Assembly (NCBI GenBank): GCA_013286945.1
Contig: JABDET010000002.1
Coordinates: 1-61,712 of the forward strand
Direction of reading: 5' to 3'
DNA: 61,712 bases
Origin: Candidatus Melainabacteria bacterium
GTDB taxonomy: Bacteria > Vulcanimicrobiota > JABDET01
Below, piece after piece: positions 9,241 to 18,002 of this stretch. Position 1 is the stretch's first letter. Every line of letters starts with the position of its first letter. Both the position numbers and the translations under genes were made by a program. The notes under the pieces are model-generated. The model had not been told where the DNA came from. It ran no database searches and saw only the letters and a program-made list of their open reading frames with translations.

Positions 9241-10224
9241 ATGAATAGTACTTCAGGCTACAATCTGTCACCTCGTCAAAAGGCAGCCATTTTTATCATG
9301 AGCCTGCCGCCAGAACTTTCTTCTCAGGTGATTCGTTCATTTCCACCCGAAGAGGTTCAAGCGCTTACCCTTGAAATGTCGAAGGTGCCGAACGTTCCGG
9401 AACAAGTCAAGAAATCGGTCATCGAAGAATTTTTGGAGAACCCTGCCCTCAACATGGTTGCTCCGCAGCAATCCGGCAGTGCCGATGGTGGGGGGATTCG
9501 GGACAGCCAGTCGGGGAAAACCGAGGTTCGTCACGCGGGGCGCAGACCTTTTGCGTTTCTCTTGCGTGCTGATCCGAAGCAGCTCTTGGCTCTCATCGAA
9601 AAGGAGCATCCGCAAACGGTGGCATTGATTCTCTCCAACCTAACCGCGGCACAAGCCACAAAAGTTCTCGAGGAAATCAAACCTCCTTTGCAAGGAGAAG
9701 TCGCGCGCCGGATCACCGAAGTCGGAAAAGTTAGGCCAGAAATCTTAAGAGAGCTTGAGATGGTTTTGGAAGAGCAGTATTATCGATTGATGGATCGCGG
9801 GTTCGAAGACCCCAAAGGACGCGATGCCTTAATGGAAATTCTCAACCGGTCCGATCGGGCTACCGAAGAAAAGATTTTATCTGGGTTAGCCCGCAAAAAC
9901 CCAAAACTTGCTAAGGATCTCAAGAATCATCTTCACGAGTTTGAGGATCTTTCTTCCTTGGATCGGGTCGCCATGCAGCAGCTATTGAAAGCCACGGACA
10001 TACGCGACTTGGTCTTGGCACTGAAGGGAGCGAGCCCTGATGTGGCAAGGTGTGTTTACGACGCGGTGACACCGGAACGAGCAGAAGCCATTCAAAACGA
10101 TGTGGAATCCTTGAAGGTGACTGATTGGGAAGAGATTCGTGGGGCCCAACAACAAGTACGAAACAACTTGAGGGGTTTGGTTATCATTGGCAAGATTAAA
10201 CTGAATCAACAAGGGGAAAATTAG
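9241..10224 (+). CDS. fliG: flagellar motor switch protein FliG
   Basis: LSPRQKAAIFIMSLPPE, HPQTVALILSNL and C-terminal torque-helix region. Confidence 0.92.
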   Translation: MNSTSGYNLSPRQKAAIFIMSLPPELSSQVIRSFPPEEVQALTLEMSKVPNVPEQVKKSVIEEFLENPALNMVAPQQSGSADGGGIRDSQSGKTEVRHAGRRPFAFLLRADPKQLLALIEKEHPQTVALILSNLTAAQATKVLEEIKPPLQGEVARRITEVGKVRPEILRELEMVLEEQYYRLMDRGFEDPKGRDALMEILNRSDRATEEKILSGLARKNPKLAKDLKNHLHEFEDLSSLDRVAMQQLLKATDIRDLVLALKGASPDVARCVYDAVTPERAEAIQNDVESLKVTDWEEIRGAQQQVRNNLRGLVIIGKIKLNQQGEN

Positions 10225-10225
10225 G

Positions 10226-11206
10226 ATGAGCCTGATTAAAAAGGGGGACGCGAAAAAAAACGCTCCTCCCGCTGAACCAAGCGCTTCTCCGAAAAAAGAG
10301 GAGAGCAATCCTCTCATTATCAAAGGGGCAAGGCTTCTTTCCGAACTTCGAAAAGAAGGTTTGGCCGGAAAAGGGGAAGTCAGCTTAACCCAAACGATCA
10401 TCAAGAAAGGAAGCGCATTGTACGAACCGATTCCAATTTCGTATGATGAGAAGGCACAACCAGAATCGCCGCTTCTTAAAAGCGGAGAACCTTCACAAAT
10501 CCCGGACGTTCTGGATGTTTATGCGAAGCAAAACGCGGAAGAAGAATTAAAAAAGATTAGAGAAGAAGCCCAAAGAACCGTGGCGGGTGCCAAGGATGAG
10601 TCGGCGCAAATCTTGGCGGATGCACAAGGCAAGGCAAAGAAGTTGATTGAGCAATCCAAGCTGTATTGCGAGACTGCTCATGCCAACGCGGAACGCGAAG
10701 GCTTTGCAGAAGGGAAAGAGAAGGCTCACCAAGCCGCTCTGGAAGAGCTAAAAGAAGTGATGTTTTCTGCGCGCGAGATGCTGGAGCAAGTTCGACACCT
10801 TCATGAAGATCTTGCAAGAAAGATGGAGCCTGGACTGGCACGCCTCGCCGTTAAGATCGCGGAAAAAGTGATTGCACACGAAGTTTCAGTCAATCATGAC
10901 GTGGTGCTTAACATGGTGCGGTCACACTTGGAAAAGGTAAAAGAGCGTGAGCGAGTGATCATCCACGTGAATCCAGAAGATTACGAGTTTGTTCGACACA
11001 AGAAAGGGACTTTTGAGCAGCTTGTTCCAGGGGTTCGTTCGCTCGAAATCCAGCCTGATCAGCGGGTGGAACGAGGAAGTTGCATGGTGGAAACCGATTT
11101 GGGAACTGTTGACGCGAACATCACCACGCAGCTTGAAGCCATTAACCTGGCTTTCTCGCAGTCCCCGGACGGGCCGATAGAAGAGGAACCCAATGTTGAA
11201 AATTGA
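10226..11206 (+). CDS. fliH: flagellar assembly protein FliH
   Basis: Coiled-coil AEEELKKIREEAQ... and C-terminal IIHVNPEDYEFV...GSCMVETDLGTVDA. Position before fliI. Confidence 0.85.
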   Translation: MSLIKKGDAKKNAPPAEPSASPKKEESNPLIIKGARLLSELRKEGLAGKGEVSLTQTIIKKGSALYEPIPISYDEKAQPESPLLKSGEPSQIPDVLDVYAKQNAEEELKKIREEAQRTVAGAKDESAQILADAQGKAKKLIEQSKLYCETAHANAEREGFAEGKEKAHQAALEELKEVMFSAREMLEQVRHLHEDLARKMEPGLARLAVKIAEKVIAHEVSVNHDVVLNMVRSHLEKVKERERVIIHVNPEDYEFVRHKKGTFEQLVPGVRSLEIQPDQRVERGSCMVETDLGTVDANITTQLEAINLAFSQSPDGPIEEEPNVEN

Positions 11207-12512
11207 TCTTTCTCGATATGAAAACTTGCTTCCCGAGATTGACTCCGTCAAGGTTTACGGGAAAGTCACTCAGGTGATCGGATTGGTGATTGAATCGGAA
11301 GGCCCAGGGGGAAAAGTCGGAGAGCTTTGCTACATTTACTCGAAAGACAATCCAGAGCCCGTGTGGGCTGAAGTGGTTGGATTTCGAAACAACAAGGTTC
11401 TTCTCATGCCCCTCGGAGAAAATCGTGGAATAGGTCCTGGAAGCGAGATTCGCACCACCGGCCACCCCCTTTCCGTGAAAGTGGGTCCCCACCTTCTTGG
11501 GCGCGTGATTAATGGACTTGGGAATCCAATTGATGGGAAAGGTCCGCTGGATTACCAAGGTGAGTATCCCATTTATAACGAGCCTCCAAATCCGATTACC
11601 CGGCCAAGAATTACCGAACCGCTTTACACCGGGGTTCGCGTGATCGATTCGATGCTGACCTTTGGAAGAGGTCAACGAATCGGAATTTTCGCGGGCTCAG
11701 GCGTGGGAAAATCGACCTTGCTTGGCATGATTGCGCGACATTCAGATGCGGATGTGAACGTGATTGCCCTCATCGGCGAACGGGGGCGAGAACTTCGTGA
11801 TTTCATTGAACGCGACTTAGGCGAAAGAGGAATCAAGCGCTCGGTTATTGTGTGTGCAACCAGTGACCAGCCGGCACTTGTGCGATTGAAGGGGGCCTAT
11901 GTCGGAACCGCCATAGCAGAGTACTTTCGCGATCAAGGCAAAGACGTGCTCTTCATGATGGACTCCGTGACTCGCTATGCCATGGCTCAACGAGAGGTCG
12001 GGTTGGCTGTGGGAGAACCTCCAGCCACCAAAGGGTACACGCCCAGCGTTTTTGCGCTTCTTCCAAAGCTGATGGAACGCTCAGGCACCAGTCATCTTGG
12101 TTCCGTCACCGGTATTTACACGGTCTTGGTTGAAGGGGATGACATGAATGAACCGATTGCCGATACCTCCCGAAGCATCTTGGATGGGCACATTGTGTTA
12201 TCAAGAGCCATTGCCCATCAAAACCGGTATCCCGCGGTGGATGTGCTTCAAAGCATATCGCGACTTTTTCCAGAAATTACCACTTCCGAGCATCAGGACG
12301 CTACGGGGAAGATTCGAGAAGTTCTCGGCATCTACCAAAAGAATGAAGATCTCATTAATATTGGTGCCTATCAAGATGGAAGTGATCCCAAAATCGATCA
12401 CGCCAAACGGATGATCAACTCCGTTTACGAGTTCTTTAAACAGCGAGGGAATGAGCCAGCTTCACGCTTCGAGGACACGTATTCAGAGTTGCTGGCTTTG
12501 GCCTCCCAGTAA
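11193..12512 (+). CDS. fliI: flagellum-specific ATP synthase FliI
   Basis: Walker A GSGVGKSTLLGMI, Walker B VLFMMDSVTR, F1/T3SS ATPase fold. Confidence 0.95.
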   Translation: MLKIDLSRYENLLPEIDSVKVYGKVTQVIGLVIESEGPGGKVGELCYIYSKDNPEPVWAEVVGFRNNKVLLMPLGENRGIGPGSEIRTTGHPLSVKVGPHLLGRVINGLGNPIDGKGPLDYQGEYPIYNEPPNPITRPRITEPLYTGVRVIDSMLTFGRGQRIGIFAGSGVGKSTLLGMIARHSDADVNVIALIGERGRELRDFIERDLGERGIKRSVIVCATSDQPALVRLKGAYVGTAIAEYFRDQGKDVLFMMDSVTRYAMAQREVGLAVGEPPATKGYTPSVFALLPKLMERSGTSHLGSVTGIYTVLVEGDDMNEPIADTSRSILDGHIVLSRAIAHQNRYPAVDVLQSISRLFPEITTSEHQDATGKIREVLGIYQKNEDLINIGAYQDGSDPKIDHAKRMINSVYEFFKQRGNEPASRFEDTYSELLALASQ

Positions 12513-12525
12513 AGGATAGCCGATC

Positions 12526-12990
12526 ATGCCTGCCCGCACATTTAAGTTCCGGCTACAAACCGTTCTTGAGTACAAACAAAAACGGGAGGAAGAAGAACAG
12601 CGCGAGCTTGCTCGGCTTAAAGAAGTTCTAGCCAAAGAGCAAAGAAAGCTTTACACTTTGAAGCATCTCCAAGAAACGCGCCGAGACGAACTCTCCAAAA
12701 AAAGTGAGCGAGGACGTCTTAATGTGGAAGAACTGAAGATGTACCATGAACAGCAAAAAAAGTTAGCGAGAGAGATTTCTGCTCAGCAGATTCGAGTTCA
12801 GCAGGCGGAAGGGGACGTGGAAATTCAGCGACAAAAGCTTTTGGAAGCCACAAAAGAAAAAAAGACTTATGAGAAGCTGAAGGAGAAACACCTCGAGGTT
12901 TACCAGAACGAAGTCAATGAAGAAGAACGAAAGCTTTTGGATGAAATTGCCACCACCAAGTTCGACCGGGTGGGGGACAAGTTCTTTTGA
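12526..12990 (+). CDS. fliJ: flagellar export chaperone FliJ
   Basis: FKFRLQTVLEYKQKREEEEQREL coiled coil, size, and position after fliI. Confidence 0.85.
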   Translation: MPARTFKFRLQTVLEYKQKREEEEQRELARLKEVLAKEQRKLYTLKHLQETRRDELSKKSERGRLNVEELKMYHEQQKKLAREISAQQIRVQQAEGDVEIQRQKLLEATKEKKTYEKLKEKHLEVYQNEVNEEERKLLDEIATTKFDRVGDKFF

Positions 12991-13014
12991 AAAAACCGCT
13001 GGACTTCTTTAGCT

Positions 13015-13398
13015 TTACGATGAAACAAGGCTCGTAATTTCGGCTTTAAGTTTGTTGTAAACCATCTGGGTAAGTCGTGGTAATTCCTGAAAGGGTATGA
13101 TTTCTTCGTCTTCCGGTTGCTCGAGGAATTCTCTCACGGTAAAAGTACTCCCGCTGGCATGGCGAGTTCTTTCAAGGATTTCAGCTTTTTGCCAAGGCCG
13201 CATCGTTAGCACATACGTATTCTGTATGATCATTGGCTCAGTCACGACGTTTTGTTCTTGAAGTCCTGCAGATCTAGCGATAAGCTGATCGGCAAGCCTC
13301 TCATTTCTCGCCAGCTTATTAAACCTTGCTTTCATTCCCTGGCCAAGAAAGCTGTCTCGGGTACTAACGAAAAGGACTGTGCGTACGGGGCCACCCAT
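13015..13398 (-). CDS. LMW-PTP / arginine-phosphatase-fold protein with all catalytic residues replaced (pseudophosphatase)
   Basis: It aligns by eye to YwlE-type LMW-PTPs: VLFVSTRDSFLGQGMKARF vs IIFVCTGNTCRSPMAEALF, RSAG, VLTMRPWQKAEI vs VLAMTHQHKQII, TFTVREFL vs VFTLKEYV. The CX5R Cys is Ser, the Arg is Leu, and the DP acid is IP. Confidence 0.55.
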   Translation of the reverse strand: MGGPVRTVLFVSTRDSFLGQGMKARFNKLARNERLADQLIARSAGLQEQNVVTEPMIIQNTYVLTMRPWQKAEILERTRHASGSTFTVREFLEQPEDEEIIPFQELPRLTQMVYNKLKAEITSLVSS

Positions 13399-13610
13399 GA
13401 CTTATTCTCCTTGATTTTATCTGTTTAGACTGATTTTATCATAGCCCCTCAGGCGCCACAAGGGGCTGGATATTGCTAGCCTGTTAACTTTCCGCTAGCC
13501 TCTCAGGCAAGCTAATTTTTGACATGAAAGTCATAATGTTAACGGTTTTTTTACATTTTGGCAACGACTTCGAAATCTCGAAAGACTATAGTAAAGATAA
13601 GGGAGGAACC

Positions 13611-14252
13611 ATGGAATTGAACACAGGAGTAGAGCTTACCGGACGCATCGATGCACACATGGCCGAGGTTCAGGCCAGAATGCAGGCCATTGACCAACAA
13701 TTCGAAGGGTCCGAAGCGATTTCTTTCCCGGCAGTCTATTCGATTTACGACCAGCCAACGATTCCCCAAGCCCCCCCACTCCCTCCGGCCCCATCCGCTC
13801 CTTCCTTACCCGGGAGTGCGGGAAACAACAGCTCCTTGCCTTTTTATGACATCGTCCAAGAAGCAGGGTCCCAATACGGGGTTGATCCGTTGCTCATCGA
13901 AGCGGTCATGCGACAAGAGTCTGGCGGAAATCCGAATGCGCGAAGTCCAGTGGGGGCCATGGGGCTCCTGCAGCTCATGCCTGAAACCGCAAGCTCGCTT
14001 GGGGTCACCAATGCCTATGACCCGAGGCAAAACATCTTCGGAGGTGCAAGGTACCTTCGAGGCCTCCTCGATCAGTTTGGAGGAAACACCTCTCTTGCGC
14101 TAGCCGCCTATAATGCAGGATCAAATGCCGTTCGGCGCTATGGTGGAATTCCTCCCTATGCAGAGACACAAAATTACGTAAAAAACATCTTAAGCACTTA
14201 TGGATCGATGCGAACTCAAGGAAGTCCCGCACCATCTCCGGTGAGTCATTGA
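13611..14252 (+). CDS. SLT-domain lytic transglycosylase, flagellar-cluster associated, no signal peptide
   Basis: [33 protein letters not shown]...[10 protein letters not shown] is the SLT catalytic signature (ES...GLMQ...AYNAG). ATG 13611 is preceded by AAGGGAGGA. The N-terminal 60 aa are hydrophilic, followed by a Pro-rich linker. Confidence 0.85.
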   Translation: MELNTGVELTGRIDAHMAEVQARMQAIDQQFEGSEAISFPAVYSIYDQPTIPQAPPLPPAPSAPSLPGSAGNNSSLPFYDIVQEAGSQYGVDPLLIEAVMRQESGGNPNARSPVGAMGLLQLMPETASSLGVTNAYDPRQNIFGGARYLRGLLDQFGGNTSLALAAYNAGSNAVRRYGGIPPYAETQNYVKNILSTYGSMRTQGSPAPSPVSH

Positions 14253-14290
14253 AGCTTGAAATTTGTTTGAAAGCAGGTGGTTAATTCAAA

Positions 14291-15157
14291 ATGAGTACTT
14301 TGCGGGTCGAATCGAAGGAAAAGGTAACCCAAGGCTTAAGTCAGCCGATGAACCTTTCAGGAAAAGAAAAGAAAAAGGAACAAGATTCATTTTCAAAGAT
14401 TCTCCTTGACGAAAAATCTAAACGATCAGAAAACAAATCACCTGACAACGAAAAAGGGGCCTCAAAAGAAAAAGATGACAACACTCAAGCGATCCTAGCT
14501 AAGAAGACACAGGATTTGCAACAAGAATTAACCCCGCTTCATCGGTTTCTTTATGATTTGGTTTATCGCGATCCATCCACCTGGAGCACTGCTGACAAAG
14601 CGCACTATCACGTTGAAAAAGGCCAAGTAAGTCTTCGAGAGTTTTACAAGATGATGGAGGATCGAAAACTAAAAATCCACGAATTGTCAGAAGCACAAAT
14701 TGGTCGAATTGCTCGCATGGATACTCGCCGCCAGTTGACTTTATTCCTCGACGGGATTTCACGCGATTCACTTCTGGGGCAGCAGCAAGCCTCTGCTCGA
14801 AGATTCGATCGGCCTTTTGGTGATCTGAAAACATCGCTTCAAGAAATCCAACAAACCCAGCGGATCAAGGAAAGCGAAATCATAGAGCAAGTGGTGAGAC
14901 AGATTTCGTTAAGAAGGGTTGGGAAAAGTTCCGAGGTGAACATCATCTTGAATCCGGAAGCTCTGGGTGAAGTGAGACTCCAAATTTTGGTTAAGGAAAA
15001 TCAAGTTACAGCAAAGTTCAAAGCGACGAGTCACGCTGTTCGTGAGATTTTGTCCACTCATCTTGATGAATTAAACCAAGCTCTCGTGAAACAGGGGCTT
15101 GATGTTAAAGGATTAGAAGTCGAAAAAATTCATGGAAAGGGGATCAGCTATGTTTGA
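14291..15157 (+). CDS. fliK: flagellar hook-length control protein FliK
   Basis: C-terminal EVNIILNPEALGEVRLQILVKENQVTAKFKATSHAVREIL is Flg_hook-like. Lies upstream of flgE. Confidence 0.8.
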   Translation: MSTLRVESKEKVTQGLSQPMNLSGKEKKKEQDSFSKILLDEKSKRSENKSPDNEKGASKEKDDNTQAILAKKTQDLQQELTPLHRFLYDLVYRDPSTWSTADKAHYHVEKGQVSLREFYKMMEDRKLKIHELSEAQIGRIARMDTRRQLTLFLDGISRDSLLGQQQASARRFDRPFGDLKTSLQEIQQTQRIKESEIIEQVVRQISLRRVGKSSEVNIILNPEALGEVRLQILVKENQVTAKFKATSHAVREILSTHLDELNQALVKQGLDVKGLEVEKIHGKGISYV

Positions 15158-15995
15158 TATTTACAAAGGTTTTAACTCGATGTCCAATGAGATGTCAGTC
15201 ATCAATCTCATGACTTCCAACGTGCAAAACGCCACAACCCCAGGCTTCAAGGCAGGCGATTTGAATTTTCAGGAAATGATGGATAATGGGGTTGGATTGG
15301 GAGCATTCCGCGAAGGGAACACGACCACGTTCACTCAAGGCAATGTTCGAAAAACGGGCAATGCCCTTGACTTAGCCATTAAAGAAGGACCATCGGGTGT
15401 TGCATGCACCACTTTCTTCGTACTTTCAGATGGGCAGCGAACTCGCTACACCCGGGGAGGGCATTTTGATTTCAAAGAGGGCAAGCTGGTTGATCCCTTT
15501 TCGCACCTGAACGTTCAAGGATATCTTTTAGACGAAAATGGAAACAAGAAATCAGACAAGTTAGAAACCATCCAACTCCCTTATGATCCAGAAACCAAGC
15601 TTTATGGCGGCACCTATTCCGGATTTCGATTTGGTGAGGGAGGAAGGCTTTTGGGTGAGGTGCACATCAACGATCCCCTTACCCATCAAGAGGTTACGAA
15701 AACGGTCCCGATCTATCAAGTAGGCCTGGCCAGCTTTACAGATCCAGGGGCTTTGGCTCAGGATGGGCCAACCACCTACCAAGCCACTGAGGCGTCAGGA
15801 AAACCCCAGTGTGGTGTTGCTGGAGAAGACTTCATGGCCGCCCAGGTTGAATCTCAGCACTTGGAAATGTCAAATGTTGATCTCCCTTCCATGTATCAAT
15901 CCATGATCGTGGCCAAGATGGTTTATGATGCGCAGATGAGCGCATTTAAAGCCATGACCAAGATGACAGAAACCGCGACAAGTCTAGTGAAGTAA
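15150..15995 (+). CDS. flgE: flagellar hook protein FlgE (short, Firmicutes-size)
   Basis: N-terminal rod/hook signature LMTSNVQNATTPGFKA and C-terminal LEMSNVDLPSMYQSMIVAKMVYDAQ. ATG 15150 follows AAAGGGGA. Confidence 0.8.
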   Translation: MFDIYKGFNSMSNEMSVINLMTSNVQNATTPGFKAGDLNFQEMMDNGVGLGAFREGNTTTFTQGNVRKTGNALDLAIKEGPSGVACTTFFVLSDGQRTRYTRGGHFDFKEGKLVDPFSHLNVQGYLLDENGNKKSDKLETIQLPYDPETKLYGGTYSGFRFGEGGRLLGEVHINDPLTHQEVTKTVPIYQVGLASFTDPGALAQDGPTTYQATEASGKPQCGVAGEDFMAAQVESQHLEMSNVDLPSMYQSMIVAKMVYDAQMSAFKAMTKMTETATSLVK

Positions 15996-16041
15996 CATTA
16001 TACATCGTACTGCTCAAAAGAGAGGTTTTTCGAATTAGCAA

Positions 16042-16085
16042 GAGGGATGGTCCCCTGGAAGAGAGGAGGGGAGTTCCCTCGTTTT
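16042..16085 (+). terminator. rho-independent terminator after flgE
   Basis: GAGGGAtggTCCCCT / AGGGGAgtTCCCTC (6+6 bp) followed by GTTTT. Confidence 0.6.
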
Positions 16086-16122
16086 GCATACGCCAGGAAT
16101 GAAATGCCAACACCTGTTTAGA

Positions 16123-16151
16123 TGGACACGCTGTTTTGGATATGTTATAAT
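16123..16151 (+). promoter_or_regulatory. sigma70 promoter with perfect extended -10 upstream of fliM
   Basis: TGGACA (16123-16128), 17-nt spacer ending in TGt, TATAAT (16146-16151). Confidence 0.55.
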
Positions 16152-16172
16152 GAGGGGAGGCCCACGGCAACC

Positions 16173-17240
16173 ATGGGTCAAGACGTAAGGAGCGAGGGAC
16201 GTCGTGAATCAAAGAATATCCTTCCTCGACGGCAGGGAGTCTCGGTGAAGGGGAAGCCCTTCCAGCCCAGGCCTAAAGAGCCTGTTCCCCCAGTTGAGGT
16301 CCGTATCAATACGGTTAAAAAAACATTGCCGTCTCAGGTTTCGAAAGTAGACTGGCAATCGGAGAAATTTACCCCTGAACAATGGCGATTGCTCAATCAC
16401 CTGCACAAGCAGTTTGCTGAATTTCTCGCCGCTCATCTAACACCCGTACTTCAGCTTCGTGCTCAGGTGGATCTGAAAGAAGCGAAACAAGAGTCTTTCA
16501 AGGAGTTGCTGGACCGGCTCCCTACGCCAACCCTTGTGGCCATTTTCAACATTGATGACAAGAGCAAGGGCTTGTTCGCCATCGACGTTTCAATAGCGTT
16601 GGCGATTTTGGATTATGTTCTGGGGGGCAAGGGAGAAATTCTCGAAGAAGCGCGGGAACTCACGGAGATTGAAAAGGTTTTGTTCCAAAACCAGATTCTT
16701 TCCAAATTTCTTTCAACTTATGACGAAATCTGGAAAGAATTTGCTCCTTCGTCTAACTTGAAGTTTGAATCCCTTGAATTTTCTCCAGGCAATCTCGTGA
16801 TTTATTCGTATGGGGAATTGGTGGTTTCCGCTGAATTTACCCTTCGGGTCGGAATTGCTTCTGGTCGTGTGGTTTTGGTCCTCCCCTTTAAGTACGTTCG
16901 CGAAGTGATTCCAAGAAATCTGGAACAACTGACCACACAAACCTTTTTGCGAAAAACTCAGGAGCCGGTTGCTCCAGGTTCGCCCATGATGGGAAAGAAA
17001 ATTGAAACCACGAAGTTAAACGTTTCCGTTGAACTCGGAAACTGTGAAGTGCTTTTCCAAGATTTGCTGAGTTTAGAAGAAGGGGATACGCTTGTCTTGG
17101 GGACAAAACGCGGGGAACCGCTCCAGATCAAGGTAGCAGAAAGAACCAAGTTCCTTGGCAAGCCAGGCGCTTCCGATAAAAAGATTGCCGTTCGAATCAC
17201 GGACATTATAGAAGAAGGGGATGAGAGCTTTGACGACTGA
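16173..17240 (+). CDS. fliM: flagellar motor switch protein FliM
   Basis: [16 protein letters not shown]...[18 protein letters not shown] and C-terminal SpoA/FliN-like domain. ATG 16173 follows GAGGGGAGG. The track start TTG 16122 would lie upstream of the promoter. Confidence 0.88.
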   Translation: MGQDVRSEGRRESKNILPRRQGVSVKGKPFQPRPKEPVPPVEVRINTVKKTLPSQVSKVDWQSEKFTPEQWRLLNHLHKQFAEFLAAHLTPVLQLRAQVDLKEAKQESFKELLDRLPTPTLVAIFNIDDKSKGLFAIDVSIALAILDYVLGGKGEILEEARELTEIEKVLFQNQILSKFLSTYDEIWKEFAPSSNLKFESLEFSPGNLVIYSYGELVVSAEFTLRVGIASGRVVLVLPFKYVREVIPRNLEQLTTQTFLRKTQEPVAPGSPMMGKKIETTKLNVSVELGNCEVLFQDLLSLEEGDTLVLGTKRGEPLQIKVAERTKFLGKPGASDKKIAVRITDIIEEGDESFDD

Positions 17241-17556
17241 TGATCGCGAAGAACTTGAACCAACGGTGCGCCCATTGCAATTTGGCCCACTGGAAGGGCC
17301 ACCACCCATAAGCAATGCTCCAACAAGTATTGATTTGCTTCGAGATGTTCCACTCACGGTCACGGCAGAGCTTGGCAGAACCAAAATGGTCGTGAAGGAA
17401 ATTCTGAAGCTCGGCGTCGGTTCAGTGGTCGAGTTGGAAAAATTGACGGGTGAGCCTGTCGATATTTTGGTGAACGGAAAGATCATTGCCAGGGGAGAAG
17501 TGGTGGCCATTGATGAGAATTTTGGGGTTAGGATTACGGAGGTCGTGAATCGATGA
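17221..17556 (+). CDS. fliN: flagellar motor switch protein FliN
   Basis: [67 protein letters not shown]. Confidence 0.92.
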   Translation: MRALTTDDREELEPTVRPLQFGPLEGPPPISNAPTSIDLLRDVPLTVTAELGRTKMVVKEILKLGVGSVVELEKLTGEPVDILVNGKIIARGEVVAIDENFGVRITEVVNR

Positions 17557-17621
17557 GTCCAAGCCCCCCCGCCTTTCTCTTGAGTCCAAGCCCTCCGGCC
17601 CTCCCCTTCGATTCAAACCCC

Positions 17622-18002
17622 ATGTCTGGAGTTCCCGGCTTTGCCTATGCGGTGGGAGTTCTCTTTCTTGTTTGTGTCGGAGCTTACTTCACGGTGAAGT
17701 TTTTGTACGGGCGCGGGTTTCAAGGTCGACTCGGTGTGGGAAAGCGCTTGATTCGAGTTTTGGATCGATACACACTGGCAGCACAGCGCTATCTCTTGGT
17801 TGTGGAAATAGGGGGCAAGGCTTATCTCATTGGGGTAACCGAGCAACAGGTCACCTTCTTGACCCCCTTGGATCTAGAAGCTCTAGCCAAGGATATCGCG
17901 TGGATGGAGCAAGCTCAACCAAACTTCACCCCATTTAATTCTTATTTGAGCGCCTTCAGTCGTCGTTGGAAAAAAGACAAGAAGGAGCCCCCGGATGGTT
18001 AA
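17622..18002 (+). CDS. fliO: flagellar biosynthesis protein FliO/FliZ
   Basis: Single TM helix, then RLIRVLDRYTLAAQRYLLVVEIGGKAYLIGVTEQQVTFL. Start is ATG 17622 or the upstream ATG 17553. Confidence 0.8.
   Translation: MSGVPGFAYAVGVLFLVCVGAYFTVKFLYGRGFQGRLGVGKRLIRVLDRYTLAAQRYLLVVEIGGKAYLIGVTEQQVTFLTPLDLEALAKDIAWMEQAQPNFTPFNSYLSAFSRRWKKDKKEPPDG

Noticed and set aside
11142-11675. 177-aa minus-strand ORF, and similar long antisense ORFs (8689-9060, 9982-10404, 17073-17510, 21880-22251, 22514-23023, 25576-25983, 30362-30826, 60489-61155)
   Set aside because: All lie opposite well-supported conserved genes (fliI, fliF, fliG/H, fliM/N, flhA, pdxS, the AAA ATPase, ALDH). They have no SD or family signal and are typical shadow ORFs.
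12293-12302. 10-nt match (CAGGACGCTA) in fliI to the terminal repeat of the 58976-59192 element
   Set aside because: A single 10-mer match in 2 x 61.7 kb is within chance expectation (roughly 0.1 expected), and no flanking similarity exists.
13551-13575. Sigma54-like element TTGGCAacgacTTCGA upstream of the SLT gene
   Set aside because: The -12 element is TCGA instead of TTGC and the GG-N10-GC spacing fails. This is not enough to call an RpoN promoter.
17553-17600. Direct repeat GAGTCCAAGCCC x2 (encoding SPSPPA.. twice) at the fliN/fliO junction
   Set aside because: It is short, with only two copies, and is probably untranslated if fliO starts at ATG 17622. It is treated as a minor duplication, not a repeat element.
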